DNA from: Rhizobium phage RL38J1
Strand: one strand, 5' to 3'
Length of the DNA: 24,000 nucleotides
Sequence record: MN549360.1
The notes under the pieces were generated by a model. That model was not told the origin of the DNA. It was given only the letters and a program-made list of their open reading frames with translations, and did no database searches. This document shows positions 23,529 through 24,000 of this stretch, piece by piece. The first letter of the stretch is position 1. Every line of letters starts with the position of its first letter. The translations under genes and the position numbers were made by a program.

Positions 23529-24000
23529 AGCTTATTTACGATGTAGTTCTCCTGGCCGACTCGAAGGTCGAACGCAGAAGCACTAAACACCTCAGGACCG
23601 TCAGGAGCATCGACGACAGTCATCTGGAAAGCGATGTCCTTGGTGCCGTGTTCGTTGTACTGCGGGTGACGAGGACGGATGTGCAGATTGCCGAGCTTGT
23701 CGATGATGTTCTGGACGAACGGCTTGTGCTCTTCAGGACCATGAAGGATCTTCGAGTCTTCGACGTTGTAGGTGTAGTACAGCGTGTTCTGATAGAAGAA
23801 CTGCACATGGAAGAGGTACTCAGGGTTCGGCGACATGTACTGAGCGATACGGATCGAGTCGTCGAGGTTCACGCGATCGTACTGAGTCAGACCACGCTTG
23901 AGGCCTGGGTACTTGTTCGAAGCGAACTGGAGCAAAGTGTTCGAAGCGACACCGCAGTCTGTGCGTACGAAGACAGGCTGACCAGCTTTCAGCTGCGCGT
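23525..24000 (-). CDS. Hypothetical protein, 5' truncated by window edge
   Basis: Reading frame stays open upstream of the track ORF: ...AQLKAGQPVFVRTDCGVASNT-LLQFASNKYPGL. The TTG at 23935 is probably not the real start. Confidence 0.75.
   Translation of the reverse strand, partial: AQLKAGQPVFVRTDCGVASNTLLQFASNKYPGLKRGLTQYDRVNLDDSIRIAQYMSPNPEYLFHVQFFYQNTLYYTYNVEDSKILHGPEEHKPFVQNIIDKLGNLHIRPRHPQYNEHGTKDIAFQMTVVDAPDGPEVFSASAFDLRVGQENYIVNKL

Noticed and set aside
1-24000. tRNA genes, CRISPR arrays, IS elements or homing endonucleases
   Set aside because: No regularly spaced direct repeats, transposase motifs or endonuclease motifs were seen, and no cloverleaf with a T-loop GGTTCGAATCC-like signature was identified by eye. 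A tRNAscan/Infernal run would be needed to exclude them formally.

Overview
This window looks like a gene-dense piece of a large tailed-phage genome. About 50 mostly short ORFs are packed on the minus strand with frequent ATGA-type overlaps, and one gene lies on the plus strand (11578..12030). Recognisable products are a 5'(3')-nucleotidase-like HAD protein, a large VWA/MIDAS protein, a GapR/DUF2312-like nucleoid protein (suggesting an alphaproteobacterial host), an EX7E glycosyltransferase, DHFR, thymidylate synthase, a second HAD phosphatase-like protein, an ATP-dependent DNA ligase and a ParB/Srx-like protein. The clearest unexplained signals are four. (1) A dispersed promoter family on the minus strand, about 13 sites of the form cTTTCttgTTTACG-17-TAnnnT. 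(2) Inverted repeats that straddle the -10 of several of these promoters; in read-through RNA, but not in RNA from the local promoter, they would fold over the Shine-Dalgarno, with covariation between copies and a 13-bp stem in front of the ligase gene. (3) Three divergent paralogs sharing a C-terminal 'TY(I/L)V..(D/N)H.W.I....(L/V/I)DP.W.V.NKQ..(R/K)RR' module; each sits next to one of these promoters and only one keeps a candidate nucleophilic Cys. (4) A lone inverted ParB-like gene ending in a long hairpin. I also found a truncated lipoprotein gene at the left edge and several small ORFs that the supplied track misses. No database search was possible; all family names come from motif recognition.
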